From NCBI RefSeq assembly GCF_964204645.1, contig NC_134029.1:16610950-16674949 (forward strand): 64,000 bases of DNA, read 5' to 3'. Source of the stretch: Tubulanus polymorphus (Eukaryota; Animalia; Nemertea). Numbering within the stretch: position 1 is the first letter of the stretch; the number at the start of each line of letters is the position of its first letter. Both the position numbers and the translations under genes were made by a program. Positions 61,578 through 64,000 of this stretch are shown here, one piece after another. The notes beneath the pieces were generated by a model, which searched no databases, was not told the origin of the DNA, and was given only the letters and a program-made list of their open reading frames with translations.

Positions 61578-64000
61578 TTGGTGGTATTATACCGTACATT
61601 TAGTCTATTATAAACTGTTACATCATGGCAATTACAATGACATACTATGTACAAATCATAAGTCCTTGCTTGAAATAAACTCATGATATATATTTAATAT
61701 TGGTTCATTTTTCGTTTGCATTGCTTTATTCTAAAATTATTCCTTATCAAAAAAACCCCGTCCGTGGGACGGGTATTTAGCTAGTTATGAATAATCTTAC
61801 TTGTAGCGGATTGGATTATTAATATGAAAGTTACGAACTGTTGAAGTGACATAGGCCTACCTATGGACCGATGCGACGAGGAGTTGGCTCCCTTGTTTTT
61901 TTATATATAGTACCTAGGATACTGGGGTCAAAATCTTTTTTTTTGTCAGGTCCCTGTGAGCCAGAGGTTTGAGAGGCCTGGGGTAGCTGCTGGGAATGCT
62001 TAATTGATTATGATTGGTCATGGGCGTAAAGGCCAGGGGGAGCATGATAAAGGGCGGGAGGATAGCAAAAGTAGTTATTAGTAATAATATATAAGGCCTA
62101 ACGTCCATTTATTTTCGATTTGTTTGGGATATTTCTCATAATCTTTTGAACACATACCTTTATTTGGTCTGAATAGTATCAGTGAATCTGTGCAGTCCAG
62201 ATAAATCATTGTTTTTATATTCATTTTAGCTTGGAGAATCCAACTTGGGGAATACGTAGTCTTATAAAAAAAATTTCTGGATGACCCCCAATCTGGGTGT
62301 CGCATCTGTGGTGCTCATCTGCCAGAGATACAGATCATGTTAAAAGTGCCCTTTTAATAATTTAGGAAGGCCCTTACAAAATGGTGGCTACGGGCTTGGT
62401 GGGTTCAGATGTAGTTGTTGACAGCATAGATTAAATTTATGAATTCAATGTGTTGTAGACATGTCATCAAACAGCACGAGGGTTAAGGTCATTGGAGGGC
62501 CGGAAGACAGAAGGAATTCTTTGATGATTCCGGTAGTTACGCTGAACCATGAGGTGAAGGAGTTGATCGTGGCGAAGGACTTGGGGGTGAAATTGGAGGA
62601 TGGTGCGTACAGGACAGTAACGAATCTGAAATTTACAAGTGGTATGATGTGTTACGGAACAAAGAACTCTAAGGTATATAGTGGCGGCGTTGAAAAAGGT
62701 GGTTTGGGGTTTGTTGTTGGGTGTCGTAAGTTAATAATAAGATTGGCAGGGAGGAGTTGTGTTATTTGGTGGGAAAATCATGATCAGTGGGGAACTTGTC
62801 AATACTTCTATTCAGATGATTTGAATGATAGTTATTGTCGTTAGTGGCGCTAGTGTTGGGTCACCTACCTCAAAGGCAAAATGCATTGAAATGTGGGTGA
62901 CTTTTGTATTCATCCTAGAACTACATTGAAACAGAGATCCCCTATTCTTGCAAACTCTAAAATGTAGATGGTTCCAAGTTTTTGATTTTTTTTTAGATGA
63001 TCAAAACTATATTTTGGATTGGTTTCTTAGGTCTTTTGACGATTTTATCGTAGATGTCTAATCCATCACATGAGAATTTACGCAACACGTATACTTGTTT
63101 GCCGCAGCTTCGTTATTGAATTCGTGATAATGATTTATGGTGATTATTTATATATTTATGATAATTCGATTATAAATATTCCAATATAGTGAATGATTTG
63201 TGTGCGGGCACTAATTCTGTTAGTACAACGTGATATACAAAATATCTGGTAATAATAACCGTATAGTGCTGCCATATATGGCCTGTAACAGCGATTTTAT
63301 CTTGTTATTGCTTTGGTGATATATGTTATTTAAAGTAATTTTTTGAGGAATCAAAGGCATAAAACAGTACATTCATGAACTGAAAAATTATAACATACTT
63401 CAATCTTCAGTGCCTGGTGGCTCTATATGGTTTATTATTCGTTAAATACGTTATATTTTACTCACACTGTAGATTTCGGACAATTTTTTTCTCATGTCGC
63501 CTTTTGCCTAGGTGACTGAACACTAGCGCTCCTAGTGGTGGCGGCAAAAGTTAAAATCACCTGAATAGAAGTATAGCCTATATTTGCAATATAGCTACTG
63601 CTGTGGAATTGCTTCTTTGGGGATGATAGTAATAATAGACGTGGTCATGTCAGGGCACTATTGCGTATAATGTGATATGAATGGCCGTTAAATTTTGTGT
63701 ACGGGGTATAAGGCAGGTAGATGGTTTGTTAAGTGCGAAATGATATGTGTCCTAATTGAGTGATAATGATGTAGGATTGGAGTGGTATTTTGAGGTATAT
63801 AACATGTGTTGCTGGGTTTGGTAATATGGTGTGTGTATTTCCAGATTTTTAAGACAAAGAAATTATCTGAGTCAGATCTCTCTATTGGGTAATATTAAGG
63901 CTGATGAACTGTGGTGCAGGGAGCAAGTTTCTGGATGTGAGCTTTTAGTAATTAGAGGGCGGTATTGCAGTCGTACTTGCAGGTGGGAGTGTTCCATAGG

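Larger units (their letters stand above)
54518..61784 (+). mobile_element. Full-length Helitron (7267 bp)
   Basis: A|TCTATACAATAAAA 5' end; 3' hairpin CCCGTCC-GTG-GGACGGG, then CTAG|T; no TSD. The flanks rejoin to restore the foldback arm. Confidence 0.93.
53486..61958. mobile_element. Foldback (P/Galileo-like) non-autonomous element, 1206 bp without its Helitron insert
   Basis: CACAGGGA..TGAC / GTCA..TCCCTGTG ends; 8-bp TSD AGCCAGAG at 53478-53485 and 61959-61966. Imperfect palindrome centred on CATAAATTTATG near 54090. Confidence 0.85.

Noticed and set aside
62461-62844. 127-aa ORF as a gene
   Set aside because: No recognisable motif or splice context; G/T-skewed region looks like the antisense of a decayed repeat that I could not classify.

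Overview
AT-rich, intron-rich animal DNA, probably from a marine invertebrate (inference). It holds three host genes. (1) The first two coding exons of an ankyrin-repeat ZDHHC13/17 (Patsas-like) palmitoyltransferase on the minus strand. (2) A complete six-exon RBX1 on the plus strand, head-to-head with the first gene across about 220 bp. (3) A complete 12-coding-exon CEP78 on the minus strand. The rest is a dense, often nested transposon landscape: Helentron-type non-autonomous elements carrying 154-bp arrays with CTCF-like motifs, many MITEs with readable TIRs/TSDs, Gypsy, CR1, other LINE, CMC and Sola remnants, a decayed Kolobok-like element, and a Penelope-like fragment with a candidate hammerhead ribozyme. 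The most notable object is a full-length 7.27-kb Helitron (54518-61784) inserted at an A|T site inside a 1.2-kb foldback element. Besides a mildly disrupted RepHel, it carries a spliced non-coding leader, a 77-bp palindromic array and an intact unknown 184-aa ORF with clustered SUMO-consensus motifs. A polyA signal and a second splice acceptor follow this ORF just before RepHel. All coordinates were read by eye; no database searches were run.
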